The notes: a model not told the origin generated them from the sequence alone. 64,000 nucleotides of DNA from Coxiellaceae bacterium (GCA_035290065.1 DATDVD010000032.1:8737-72736), one strand, 5' to 3'; positions 34,889 to 44,915 are shown, counted from the stretch's first letter. Translations and numbers: made by a program.

Positions 34889-36047
34889 CCCGCGCCTGTA
34901 TTTCTTCCATAATATTTTTGGCAATATTACTCCAATCAAAATGTTTTTCTGCGTATTGGCGAGCAATAATTTTCATATTCTCTAATTCCGCTTTTTTAGG
35001 GGCTAAATTTAATATAATGTCTGCTAATGCTTCACTATCCTCAGGAGGATGACAAATAAGCCATTGATGCTTAGCTAATTCACTCACACCAGGAATATCG
35101 GCTGCAATGGTAGGTAACCCCGTGGCTGCATAATCTCGAATTTTTAGAGGGGATAGGCCAATGCGTGTATTTCGTTTGATAATAAAAGGTGCGAGGGCTA
35201 TATCAAAAGCATTCAGTATATACTTAAGATCAGGATAAGTGATGTGTCCTAAAAAAATAACACAATCTTCGAGACCCCTATTTTTTGCGGCCATTTTAAG
35301 AGAGGTCAATTCAGGCCCATCTCCCGCAATAATCAGCTTAATTTTTTGATTCACTGTTCTTATTTTATCTAATGCTTTTAAAGCGAATATAACACCTTGC
35401 CAAGCATGCAAAGTTCCAATAAAACCACAGTAAAAATAATTTGGATCCAAATTTAGGTGTCTTAAAGCCTGATTACGTGGAAAAGGTCTGATTGCCTGTG
35501 TATCGGTTCCATTACCCACATAAAATATTTTTTGTTTCTTGACGCCTTTCTCCTCAAACAATGTTCCTAATTTTAATGTAACCACTCGAACAGAATGGGA
35601 AAACTTTGCACTAAGTATTTGTGCTTGTTCCCCTATCCAACTTAATATAGAGGGGCATTTTCTTAATAGTAATTCGTCTGATATCCAACCATTATGCTCT
35701 GAAACAATATGTACCTTTGTCAAACGAAGCAAGGCTATAAGAAAAAAACTAAAATTATAGTTTCTAATATAGACAATATCAAAATGATTTCTGCATACAT
35801 GAAAAAAAATCCATGGTATTTGTAAAATTCCAATGATAAAATTTGGCAACTTAAGAAAACCCACTTTTAATACCATATGGATTTTAAAACCTTGTGTAGC
35901 GATAGCAATGGCTTTCTTATAAGGCTTAAGTATTACTGCCTCAACATAATTACAGAGAGAAAACTGTTTTGCTACAGAAAAAAAATGTAATGTGCTGGCA
36001 TTGCATAAGCCAGCATCAATTACTCCAATCATTAATATTTTTTTCAT
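34857..36047 (-). CDS. glycosyltransferase, GT4 (group 1) family
   Basis: The GT-B C-terminal domain has IIAGDGPE...VIFLGHI and a segment resembling the EX7E motif (LSPLKIRDYAATGLPTIA). Confidence 0.72.
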   Translation of the reverse strand: MKKILMIGVIDAGLCNASTLHFFSVAKQFSLCNYVEAVILKPYKKAIAIATQGFKIHMVLKVGFLKLPNFIIGILQIPWIFFHVCRNHFDIVYIRNYNFSFFLIALLRLTKVHIVSEHNGWISDELLLRKCPSILSWIGEQAQILSAKFSHSVRVVTLKLGTLFEEKGVKKQKIFYVGNGTDTQAIRPFPRNQALRHLNLDPNYFYCGFIGTLHAWQGVIFALKALDKIRTVNQKIKLIIAGDGPELTSLKMAAKNRGLEDCVIFLGHITYPDLKYILNAFDIALAPFIIKRNTRIGLSPLKIRDYAATGLPTIAADIPGVSELAKHQWLICHPPEDSEALADIILNLAPKKAELENMKIIARQYAEKHFDWSNIAKNIMEEIQARVNWLEESVAE

Positions 36048-36058
36048 AAAGGTAATTA

Positions 36059-36808
36059 TTAAGTTACAGAATGTCCCTTGAATCCAATAAAAGCCTGTGA
36101 AGCACCCACATCATAAGCATAATTCACCAATATATTATTTAAGATATTTACCCTAGATTCTTCTCCACACCAAATAGCGTAAGATTGGCCTACTGGAATA
36201 GTATTATTTAATAATTGATTGTTTTCAACTAAACAATTTTTAGATCCTATACCAATCAAAATACCAACATATTCCAATTTTAAATCGGAATTTTCATTTG
36301 AAATAAAGAGATTTTTTATAATATTGTGTTTTATGATTACTTTATCAGCATTAATATTCATTCCTATAAGATAATTATCTTCGGCTTTTCTATTTTGAAA
36401 GGCCATGTTAGAAATTATGTTATTTTCAATATAAATATTTTCTCCCGCCGCACAGATTCCAATATAACGCGAGGCTTCAAAGTTGCAATTTTCCACATGA
36501 AGAATTTTACTTTTTATTGCGTGTAAACCGTAATAAAAACCTATCACTTTGGCATTGATAATTTTTACATTTTTAGATACTTTAATAAAAATTCCAAAAT
36601 TAACCGTTTCTTTTCCTCCCGTAAAATGAAGGCCATTTCCCTGGAAATCGAGCACCACATTATCGGATATAATCCTGATACCATAAGGTTTTTTTTTAAA
36701 TGATTTGTCGTCTAGATAAATATCTTTATCTAAATAATAATGCCCAGGTTTTGATATTTTTCGATTAGTAGAAATCAATAATTTCTTTTTGCCACAAACT
36801 TCAGTCAT
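36059..36808 (-). CDS. right-handed parallel beta-helix repeat protein
   Basis: Repeated about 22-aa I/V-x-N-rich turns (VKIINAKVIGF, LHVENCNFEAS, IYIENNIISN, VIIKHNIIKN, CLVENNQLLNN, VNILNNILVN). Confidence 0.6.
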   Translation of the reverse strand: MTEVCGKKKLLISTNRKISKPGHYYLDKDIYLDDKSFKKKPYGIRIISDNVVLDFQGNGLHFTGGKETVNFGIFIKVSKNVKIINAKVIGFYYGLHAIKSKILHVENCNFEASRYIGICAAGENIYIENNIISNMAFQNRKAEDNYLIGMNINADKVIIKHNIIKNLFISNENSDLKLEYVGILIGIGSKNCLVENNQLLNNTIPVGQSYAIWCGEESRVNILNNILVNYAYDVGASQAFIGFKGHSVT

Positions 36809-37470
36809 GCTATCACCCTTGCTGGTATTCCAAAAGCACGTTTTTTCTCTGGGATATTATGGATAACTACGGCACCTGCTCCAATAACTGCATGACAAGC
36901 TATTCTTTTATTGGGGACTACTGTGGAACTCATACCCATCATCACTAATTCTTCTACAATCACCCCACCTCCTAAAGTAACATTCGGAGAAATATTAACA
37001 AAATCTTTAATACAACAATCATGCTCAATTGTGGCATGAGTATTAATAATACAGTGATCTCCTATAACAGCTGATGCATTCACAACAGCACCCGGCATAA
37101 CCACAGTACCTTCCCCAATACGAGCTGTGCTGGCAACATAAGCACTAGGATGTATGGCTTGGATAAAGGAAAAGTAAGGAAACCTTCTTTTAATATCATT
37201 CACTAACCGATATCGTTGGTGGCAATCACCTATCGCTACCATTCCTTTTGCTTCTTTATATTTCGTGATTATTTTTTCTAATTCATAATCACTGCCCAAC
37301 ACTTCAATAGCATGAAATAACGAGCCTGTCTTTAATGCAATATCAACAATTCCAACCACGCGAAATAATGCAGCTTGGCTGTTTAAAATATCAATCACTA
37401 CCTTAGCCTGTCCACCTGAACCAAAAAGTAATACAGGAATGGCTGACGCAGATTGTATATCAAAGGGCAT
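36805..37470 (-). CDS. NeuD/PglD/LegH-family sugar N-/O-acetyltransferase (left-handed beta-helix)
   Basis: N-terminal Rossmann-like LLFGSGGQAKVVIDIL, followed by hexapeptide repeats (IGEGTVVMPGAVVNASAVIGDHCIINTHATIEHDC). Confidence 0.77.
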   Translation of the reverse strand: MPFDIQSASAIPVLLFGSGGQAKVVIDILNSQAALFRVVGIVDIALKTGSLFHAIEVLGSDYELEKIITKYKEAKGMVAIGDCHQRYRLVNDIKRRFPYFSFIQAIHPSAYVASTARIGEGTVVMPGAVVNASAVIGDHCIINTHATIEHDCCIKDFVNISPNVTLGGGVIVEELVMMGMSSTVVPNKRIACHAVIGAGAVVIHNIPEKKRAFGIPARVIA

Positions 37471-38089
37471 AATTTCCTTCCGTCATTAAAGCATTTAATA
37501 ATCTCAACCCTGATTTTCCGCTTTTTTCAGGGTGAAATTGAAGGCCATAAATATTTTGCTTTCTTACCATCGCTGTTATACGTAGACCATTATACCAACA
37601 ATATGCTACTTCATCTTGTTGATTTTCACATGCAAATGCATAGGAATGCATAAAATAATAACTGCTATCATTGACTCTTTCTGAGTGGCCTTGACTATCT
37701 TGATAGAGCATTTGCCAAGCCATATGGGGAATTTTTAGTGAAATAGAGTTAAAATGTCTCAAATGCTGTACACGTCCTGGAATTAAGCCAAGCCCTTTAT
37801 GGCTTCCAAATTCGTGTCCCTCATTTGCCAATAAATGCATGCCTAAACAAATGCCCATTAACATTTTCTGGTTATTCACGTGGCTTAAAATAGCTGGAAT
37901 AAAGCCGCGCTGCGCCAACGCATGCATACTATCTCCAAAAGCTCCTACACCCGGTAAAACAATACAGTGGGCATTTTCAAGTTGCTTAGGTTGATGACAC
38001 ACCGTTACGGTCACGCCTATGTGTTGAAGCGCCTGAGTTAAGCTAAAAAAATTACCCATTCCATAATCAATAATGTGTGCTGTTTTCAT
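37460..38089 (-). CDS. HisH-like glutamine amidotransferase (glycan-cluster paralog, WbuY-type)
   Basis: Class I GATase blocks (LPGVGAFG, GICLGMHLL, HSY and FHPEKSG). It sits in the glycan operon rather than in a his operon. Confidence 0.85.
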   Translation of the reverse strand: MKTAHIIDYGMGNFFSLTQALQHIGVTVTVCHQPKQLENAHCIVLPGVGAFGDSMHALAQRGFIPAILSHVNNQKMLMGICLGMHLLANEGHEFGSHKGLGLIPGRVQHLRHFNSISLKIPHMAWQMLYQDSQGHSERVNDSSYYFMHSYAFACENQQDEVAYCWYNGLRITAMVRKQNIYGLQFHPEKSGKSGLRLLNALMTEGNYAL

Positions 38090-38852
38090 ACGCCACTTCT
38101 CTGACTAAATAACCTTGTTGAATCAAATGGTGTTTAACATCCATCACGGATAAAACGTTATAATGGAATCGGTGAGCAATCGCAACCCCATCAGCATCCC
38201 CTTGTTGAATAACATCGGACGCATCGCTTAAGGAGCCCATACCTCCACTGGCAATCACAGGAATACTCACAACCTGGGTAACTGCTTTTACGAGCTCGAT
38301 ATCAAATCCCTGACAGAGTCCCTCTCGATCAACGGAGGTTAATAAAATTTCTCCCGCGCCTAAGGATTCCGCTTCTTTTGCCCATTCTACTACATCACGT
38401 CCCGTTTTATTACGTCCTCCGTCGGTATAGACCTCCCATTGCCTATCTCCTTTTTGTTTCGCTTCAATGGATAACACCGTGCTTTGCGAACCAAATCGCT
38501 TTGCAACCTCTGCAATAAAGGCGGGTGATTGTATTGCAGCGGTATTAATAGCCACTTTATCAGCGCCTGCACGCAATATACTGTCTACATCCTCTAAAGA
38601 TCGGATACCACCACCTACTGTTATGGGTACAAATATAGCTTTGGCTGTTTCAGCAATTAAAGAGTTTAAACTGTTTCGACCATACAAAGTAGCCACAACA
38701 TCCATATAAATAATTTCATCGATTCCCCTTTCATAATATCGCCTAGCAAATTCACGAGGGTCACCCACGACTCGAACACCTTCTAAATTCATAGGCTTAA
38801 TTAAGTTAGGCACTTTAATATCTAAGCGTGCAATCACGCGAATATTTTTCAT
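38067..38852 (-). CDS. HisF-like cyclase/synthase subunit (glycan-cluster paralog, WbuZ-type)
   Basis: (beta/alpha)8 HisF blocks ([35 protein letters not shown]). Confidence 0.85.
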   Translation of the reverse strand: MKNIRVIARLDIKVPNLIKPMNLEGVRVVGDPREFARRYYERGIDEIIYMDVVATLYGRNSLNSLIAETAKAIFVPITVGGGIRSLEDVDSILRAGADKVAINTAAIQSPAFIAEVAKRFGSQSTVLSIEAKQKGDRQWEVYTDGGRNKTGRDVVEWAKEAESLGAGEILLTSVDREGLCQGFDIELVKAVTQVVSIPVIASGGMGSLSDASDVIQQGDADGVAIAHRFHYNVLSVMDVKHHLIQQGYLVREVAYENSTHY

Positions 38853-38874
38853 TATTTTTTATAATATTAATGAA

Positions 38875-39819
38875 TTAAACACCAAACATATTGTGAATCA
38901 ATTGCATTGTACGCATGCTCTCTTTTAGAGTAATCGCCCTGCTTTCTTGGCCCCGTATTTTATTAATCACTTCTCTGGCTTGATGATAAAATCCAGGCTT
39001 AAATTGTTTATCACATTCATCCATGGGGATATCTACGCGCTGCCTTTCTCCTTTTTTCTGGAGAGAAGCAATCTCCAGTGGCTGTAACATCCACCGTTTT
39101 GTAGGCGTATTGACACTGCAAGCCCACGGACCTGGCCCTTGCCAATGGCCCTCATATAAAGCATGGTCTCCACTATCAAACTCAATGTGCACAAGCATTA
39201 CATCCGTTTGCTCGCCTTTCCAAGGTTTAATAGGTTCTATTCGGCTGATTTGACCTCGAGCAAATGCCAGAATCAGATCAATCGTGTGAATAGAATTAGC
39301 ATACATAAATTTTTCAACCACACACGCAGGATGTCCATACTGATAAGCTTCAGAAAAATTTTGTTGATCCTGTATGTGAATATAACGCGATCCTGCTGAA
39401 GAATTTAAATCTTCCATTATCGATCTCACACTTGAATAAAAACGTCGATTAAGTCCTACATATACTTGGGCGTTGGATCGAAGGGCTGCTGCTGCAATAT
39501 CCATGGCATCTACATAATCATAACCTGCAGGTTTTTCCATTAGAACCAACCAGGGGTATTGAAAACATTGTTTGGCCACACAATTCGCTTCTACTTCAGG
39601 AACAGCGATAATAACAACATCAGCTCTCGTTCGATGATATAATTCTTCAATAGAATTGTACACATGTTCAACTTCAAATATTTTCTGCAACGCAAGGGAA
39701 CGTTCTTTGGTGCGGCTGTGAATACCCGCTATTTTAACACCCTCCAGTGCAGAAAAAGCTTTTAGATGCTCTTTTCCCATAGAGCCTGCGCCCACTAATG
39801 CTACTTTTACATTTTTCAT
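38875..39819 (-). CDS. Gfo/Idh/MocA-family NAD(P)-dependent oxidoreductase
   Basis: VKVALVGAGSMGKEHLKAF Rossmann N-terminus and an EKP motif (LMEKPAG). Confidence 0.75.
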   Translation of the reverse strand: MKNVKVALVGAGSMGKEHLKAFSALEGVKIAGIHSRTKERSLALQKIFEVEHVYNSIEELYHRTRADVVIIAVPEVEANCVAKQCFQYPWLVLMEKPAGYDYVDAMDIAAAALRSNAQVYVGLNRRFYSSVRSIMEDLNSSAGSRYIHIQDQQNFSEAYQYGHPACVVEKFMYANSIHTIDLILAFARGQISRIEPIKPWKGEQTDVMLVHIEFDSGDHALYEGHWQGPGPWACSVNTPTKRWMLQPLEIASLQKKGERQRVDIPMDECDKQFKPGFYHQAREVINKIRGQESRAITLKESMRTMQLIHNMFGV

Positions 39820-39830
39820 AGAATACCTTA

Positions 39831-41363
39831 TTAAACAGCTGTTCTTTTTACTTTCTTCAAGTTACACAGTTTTTGAACCAAATGATTAATGCGTTCTGAT
39901 GATTTTCCATCCAAATATCCCCACTTATTTTTTTCTTTATGGGCCAATGCCTGCAGCTCTCTCAATTTTACTTCATTTTTTATAGAATAAACAGCCAAAA
40001 TAAATTCCTCTTTTGTATTGGCGTGCAACACGCTTGGCACATTTTTATAGTCTGTGTATTGGTAATAAAAAACATCATAGTTAATAACAGGCAATCCGCA
40101 TGCAATAGCCCAGCGTATGGTGGCGGAAGCAAAAGCTAAATACACATCGGCTACACTTACCAGAAGATCTGTCGGCATTAATGTGGGAAGAATACCCTGC
40201 TTTTCAAAAAGTTTACTTAATTCCAGGTAATTCGGGTGAGGACGAAAAATAATATGGTATTGCTCTTTTAAACAAGAAAGTGTTTCCACAATAAAACTGA
40301 CAAAACCAAAAATATCTTGGAAATCAAATCGAGGAACTATAGCTGATAACTGGTTAGGAAATCCACCTATAAAAAAAAGAGGTTTGTCGGGAGGAAGATT
40401 TAATTGATAATAAATTTTTTCTCGTTCGCGGATTTTATTCAAAGAATAGCGGGCTAAATAATCATCATAGAGAGCCCCTACCACTTGCATTTTGGATTTA
40501 GGAATTCCTGCCTTTAAATAATATTCATACATCTTTTCACTTTCGACAGCAATGAGATTAGCATATCCACTATTCATCATCCAAGGATCAGGTGGAACGG
40601 TACGCGTGAGGAGGTGGCCATATACATACGGTGCCGGCAATCTTAACACAGAATGCCCTTCTTTTTTCATTATCCATTTACGAAAAATAAAACCAGTTAA
40701 TTTATTGGAAAATAATTGCAGGCTGTAATGAGGTTGGTTTTTTAAAGATTGGAACGCTTCTTCTTGATTGGCAATAGTATAAGGCAAGATTAAACTGGGA
40801 ATATTATAATGATGGCCAGCAGCTATCATTACTGGCGTAACCAATCCAACAATGTCTTCAGGGAGGATAATAATATTAATGTTTAAATGAGAGAGTAATT
40901 TCCTGTAATTTTTTCTATTTTTAAAAAATAATGCGATAATGAAAAATAAAGATTTTATTAATCTAACTCTTTTCTTAATTATATTCTTAATTCTATATTT
41001 AAATTTTTCTAAAGCAGAAATAAAAACGATCATTTTAAAGCGTTTCAAGAAAAAATATAATTTTGAATTTTTTATAAAAAAACGTTTATTTTTCTTTTTA
41101 TTTTTCTTTTTCTGGGTTTTAAAATAATTTTTTTCCGAAAATTCTTCTATAAATCCATCTATTTGGATAAAAATTTTTATTAGTGATTTTTCTATTAATA
41201 TCTTTTTTAATACTAGCGAAAAAACATTATCATTATAGGGACTGAAAACGCAAAGCATAAAACATTCATATCCTTCGGAAGTAAAAAATTCTACAGCCCT
41301 TTTGATTTCATAAAAATCAGAAGGCCTCTGCGTAACAAATAAGATTCTTTTTCGATTAAACAC
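39831..41363 (-). CDS. uncharacterised HP-motif GT-B-like protein with a Lys-rich/hydrophobic insert; candidate CMP-ulosonic-acid transferase
   Basis: 510 aa with a GTG start. It is a paralog of 33491-34888. The HP motif is IIFRPHPNY, followed about 35 aa later by DVYLAFASAT. The insert reads KKKNKKKNKRFF...SLFFIIALFF. Confidence 0.55.
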   Translation of the reverse strand: MFNRKRILFVTQRPSDFYEIKRAVEFFTSEGYECFMLCVFSPYNDNVFSLVLKKILIEKSLIKIFIQIDGFIEEFSEKNYFKTQKKKNKKKNKRFFIKNSKLYFFLKRFKMIVFISALEKFKYRIKNIIKKRVRLIKSLFFIIALFFKNRKNYRKLLSHLNINIIILPEDIVGLVTPVMIAAGHHYNIPSLILPYTIANQEEAFQSLKNQPHYSLQLFSNKLTGFIFRKWIMKKEGHSVLRLPAPYVYGHLLTRTVPPDPWMMNSGYANLIAVESEKMYEYYLKAGIPKSKMQVVGALYDDYLARYSLNKIREREKIYYQLNLPPDKPLFFIGGFPNQLSAIVPRFDFQDIFGFVSFIVETLSCLKEQYHIIFRPHPNYLELSKLFEKQGILPTLMPTDLLVSVADVYLAFASATIRWAIACGLPVINYDVFYYQYTDYKNVPSVLHANTKEEFILAVYSIKNEVKLRELQALAHKEKNKWGYLDGKSSERINHLVQKLCNLKKVKRTAV

Positions 41364-42777
41364 TATAAAATGATTCCGAGATTTCGCGCAAATTTTCTTG
41401 CAATGCCAAATAACGTTGTTCTTGGGCTAAGTACTTTAAATAGTCATATAGTGCAATAGGATCACAAAAATGGGGTATCCATTTTTTTAATTGTTCTAAA
41501 TGATATATCTCACAAAATCCACCATCCTCTTTTTCTCCAATACTAATTGCTGGTATTTGTAACGCTACGGCTTCTATCATCATAAGCGAGCTAAAACCTA
41601 TCACAATATGGGCATCTAATAAAGATAAATAGGAATTAGCTTTAAGAGGCAACACATAACAACTTCTAGGAAAATCAACTGATAATTTTTCATAACAAGA
41701 CGACATTCTCCATTCGGTCGGATGAATTTTAATTATTACTTTGAATAAATTTTCCTTCTTTTTTGCCTGATAGTCTAACAAGGCTTTTAAAAAGTAGATG
41801 CCTTTACTTCTTACATGATTTTGAGTCGGGAACAATAAAATGATAGGTTGATATAAACGAGAAGGACGATTTTTTAATCGTCTATAAAAATTTATTTCTG
41901 AATGTGCAATGACTTTTATTTCACTTTCATGCCAGAATCCATTCGAAAGAAGAATGTCCTTCCAGGCACTTCCATAAACTAGAATTTGATCTGAAACGGG
42001 CATGTAAGACTTTAGTTTTCTAGCTGTTGATTTCCATGAATAATCGACATCATCAGGTCCAAACATGCCATGTTGTATCTCCACTACTGGTATTTTTAAT
42101 AATTTTGCTGCGGCTACTTCTCCTGGCTTTGCATCAGGATCTTGAATGAATAATTTTATTGCCTGCGTACGTCTAAAAAGATATTTGTAAAAATTATATT
42201 TTAGAAAAAAAATGGATAAATTAATGGAGCATTTTTTAAATATAGGGCCCATCAAATCCTCTGGAAAATAATTTTTAATTTCTTGGCACAACTTAAAAGT
42301 TGTATCTCGAATAGGCTTATTTTTTGATATTAAAATCGAAAAAAGAAAAAAAACATTTCCTACATAAGACTCATATAAGGTATTCTTTTTCAATTTCTTA
42401 TTTTTTACATCCCCCCATTCATAGAGAATCTTCAAAGCCTCATTCTCATATTCGTTTAACAATACTTCGAAAATCCTATCAATTTTTTCCCTTCCGTTTC
42501 CATCTTTTGGCGAATAAACAAAAATATACTTGGATTTTGAACAAAAGAAAATAAAAAGGAGGTTAACACATCCTTTGAAGCATCCAATAAATTTATTTAA
42601 TAAATTACTTCTTTTTTTATATTCATTTCTGGTTTTATAAGTAAGAAGAAAAGACCATAATTCACCCTTTATTATCGGCCACGCTAGCCATGAGTCAAAA
42701 TAAGTATTCAAAATCTTTTCATTTCTATCTAAAGACAGAAATATGTCATTTAAACGTCTGTGTGTTAATTGCTCCAT
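41356..42777 (-). CDS. uncharacterised protein with a hydrophobic N-terminal half and an HP-motif GT-B-like C-terminal half
   Basis: I prefer the ATG at 42777 (MEQLTHRR...) over the listed TTG at 42786. The HP motif is IIKIHPTEW, followed by AHIVIGFSSLMMIEAVALQIPAI. N-terminal hydrophobic segments are LLFIFFC and VFFLFSILI. Confidence 0.5.
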   Translation of the reverse strand: MEQLTHRRLNDIFLSLDRNEKILNTYFDSWLAWPIIKGELWSFLLTYKTRNEYKKRSNLLNKFIGCFKGCVNLLFIFFCSKSKYIFVYSPKDGNGREKIDRIFEVLLNEYENEALKILYEWGDVKNKKLKKNTLYESYVGNVFFLFSILISKNKPIRDTTFKLCQEIKNYFPEDLMGPIFKKCSINLSIFFLKYNFYKYLFRRTQAIKLFIQDPDAKPGEVAAAKLLKIPVVEIQHGMFGPDDVDYSWKSTARKLKSYMPVSDQILVYGSAWKDILLSNGFWHESEIKVIAHSEINFYRRLKNRPSRLYQPIILLFPTQNHVRSKGIYFLKALLDYQAKKKENLFKVIIKIHPTEWRMSSCYEKLSVDFPRSCYVLPLKANSYLSLLDAHIVIGFSSLMMIEAVALQIPAISIGEKEDGGFCEIYHLEQLKKWIPHFCDPIALYDYLKYLAQEQRYLALQENLREISESFYSV

Positions 42778-42789
42778 AGAAATCAAGAA

Positions 42790-43914
42790 TTAAACCTTTT
42801 GAGTTATTTTTTCATGAATGAAATTAACTATTTTTTCGGATGCCTTAGTTGGGTCCATAAGTTGCTTACTAGCCTTCCACACTTGATCACGTCCTTCTGA
42901 TGACATGGCAAAATCCAATACAGTCTCTAACACCTCTTTTTTGTTTACATGTAACGCCAAACCTAATTTTACATAAGGTGTTGTATCAATATGGGCTACA
43001 TTCTCACAATAAATATGGATTTCTGAATTAAATAACAAATTAATTGGTACAACGAAAGGGGTTTTAGAAAAATAATTTATGTAACTTGCATCATAGCTAC
43101 AATTTGAAAAAGGACTACAGATAACATCACACATAGAAAAAGCATCTTCTGGTGTAATATCTTTCAAAAAAATAGGATTTATGTCTTGTTCCTCAAACCA
43201 TTTTTTTGTGCAATTAGCATCTGATATGGATTCTCTTGGATGAGGACGATAAGCAATATTTATTGCATTAGTGCTAATTTTTTTAAAAGTTTGAATTAAA
43301 CTTTTTACCGTGTCCTCATATCCTTTTAAATTGTGTAATGCCTGCCCAAAATACCCAATGACAGGTTTTTTTTCATCTAATTTCAGAGCAATTCTGTTAT
43401 TTTTTCTACGGTTGGCGAAATCAATCGTACTATATTTGAAATATTTTGGAGCACCTAGAGCAAATGATTTTACTTGGTATCTAGAAGCAATTAAATCAGC
43501 AGATAAGGAATCAATACAAAAATAATAATCTGCTTTAGAACCATAAGCAGAATTAATATCGCCCCAAGAATCTTGCATAACAGATGTTGGAATTTTTCCG
43601 TGAGCCGAATATATTATATACTCGTCTATTCCACTGTCTCTAGCAGTAGAGTAGCCGGATAAAATAAAATCTGGTATTACTGTATTGATAATTTCTAGAC
43701 AAAGATTTAACCATTCTTGATCTTTATTTTTACTATTTCTCGAAGGAACGGCATCAATCAAGTTAGATATCAATCCATTTTTTTGAAAAAAAGAGAAGGC
43801 GGGTTCTTGAGCATAGATACAAACCTCATCTTTTCCAATTAATTTAATATATTTAACAATCTCAATAATATGAAGCGCAGAACCTACATCTCGAGAAGTC
43901 ACTAGCAATTTCAT
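42790..43914 (-). CDS. uncharacterised HP-motif GT-B-like protein
   Basis: 374 aa with a Rossmann-like start MKLLVTSRDVGSALH. The HP motif is IAYRPHPRES, followed by CDVICSPFSNCSYDAS. Confidence 0.5.
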   Translation of the reverse strand: MKLLVTSRDVGSALHIIEIVKYIKLIGKDEVCIYAQEPAFSFFQKNGLISNLIDAVPSRNSKNKDQEWLNLCLEIINTVIPDFILSGYSTARDSGIDEYIIYSAHGKIPTSVMQDSWGDINSAYGSKADYYFCIDSLSADLIASRYQVKSFALGAPKYFKYSTIDFANRRKNNRIALKLDEKKPVIGYFGQALHNLKGYEDTVKSLIQTFKKISTNAINIAYRPHPRESISDANCTKKWFEEQDINPIFLKDITPEDAFSMCDVICSPFSNCSYDASYINYFSKTPFVVPINLLFNSEIHIYCENVAHIDTTPYVKLGLALHVNKKEVLETVLDFAMSSEGRDQVWKASKQLMDPTKASEKIVNFIHEKITQKV

Positions 43915-44915
43915 GATGATAATATTCGTTTTAATAAATAATTTTTATCTTTAGCTCTATTCAATAAATACAAAAATTTATTCCACTCTTTTGGTTCCGT
44001 TCCAATGTTATTCAAATAACAATATGTTAAAACACAAAATGCTTTCAGAGCTAATAAATCTAAGATGGAAGAATGCCATTTCAAATACTGATAATACCCA
44101 CCCGCTTCACGATAAATTTTCAAAAATTCTCTTCCTTTTTGCACAATGATTTCTTTATCAGTGCATAGAATCATTATAAAACGTTCAATAATATACCCTA
44201 ACTCTACTATCACAGGTAAATAACTATGGGCCGTATCTTCAAAGTCAAAAAAAACAAGGCTGTTTTCAACAAGAAGAACATTACCTGGGTTCAGATCCCC
44301 ATGTAATGATTGGGCTTGGGCAGTATCTATCCAGCAATCAAAATTATATTGCTTTGCTAAGGCGATAACAGCTGGCATATTTTCTCTAAAATGGCATTCA
44401 CCTTTTATTATTTTTTTTCGAATATATTCTAATTCTTTATAGCGTTGCTCTGTTTTTTCCTGCCATTTTTTCGTTTCAGGATGATTCTTCAAAGTGAGAT
44501 GCAACTGCGCTATTGATTTAGCCAATACGCTAAGATCATTGTTCGATGAAGAAACACGCACTCCTTCCCAGTAAGGATATACCATAACTAGATAATTTTC
44601 TCCTTCGTGCTGAAAAAGTTTTTTTACAATACATGCGCATGCATTGATATTATATTCTTGCAGCCACTGGGCAATAACATCATGTTCAAGATAGCTGTGG
44701 CTATTTTTTTCAGGTATCAGCTTAATATAATGCAGAACATGATTACTATTTTTTAATACCAAATGAGCATTATTCGGGAAACTAAATTCTACAGAATAGA
44801 GTTGCCCATTAGCATCTAATGCCTTCAACAATGCATTGGATTTTGGAGTATTGACAGCCCATAATTTAGGCAAGCCAGGATTTAACTCAATCCACGCAGG
44901 ATAATTTGCTAGCAT
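43911..44915 (-). CDS. aminoglycoside/choline-kinase-fold (APH family) phosphotransferase
   Basis: Catalytic loop LHGDLNPGNVLL and the downstream FFDFED (DFE/DFG-like) motif. Confidence 0.65.
   Translation of the reverse strand: MLANYPAWIELNPGLPKLWAVNTPKSNALLKALDANGQLYSVEFSFPNNAHLVLKNSNHVLHYIKLIPEKNSHSYLEHDVIAQWLQEYNINACACIVKKLFQHEGENYLVMVYPYWEGVRVSSSNNDLSVLAKSIAQLHLTLKNHPETKKWQEKTEQRYKELEYIRKKIIKGECHFRENMPAVIALAKQYNFDCWIDTAQAQSLHGDLNPGNVLLVENSLVFFDFEDTAHSYLPVIVELGYIIERFIMILCTDKEIIVQKGREFLKIYREAGGYYQYLKWHSSILDLLALKAFCVLTYCYLNNIGTEPKEWNKFLYLLNRAKDKNYLLKRILSS

Noticed and set aside
36689-44418. A/T homopolymer tracts of 8-9 nt inside glycan-island genes (36689-36697, 40371-40378, 42346-42353, 43366-43373, 44247-44254, 44411-44418), considered as phase-variation switches like the Campylobacter poly-G tracts.
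   Set aside because: They are A/T tracts encoding Lys or Phe runs in a very AT-rich region. Similar 8-nt tracts occur in housekeeping genes (20573-20580, 60843-60850). I saw no long G/C tracts apart from a G7 in the RTX gene (10132-10138). Only the A9 tract is mentioned, under the beta-helix finding.
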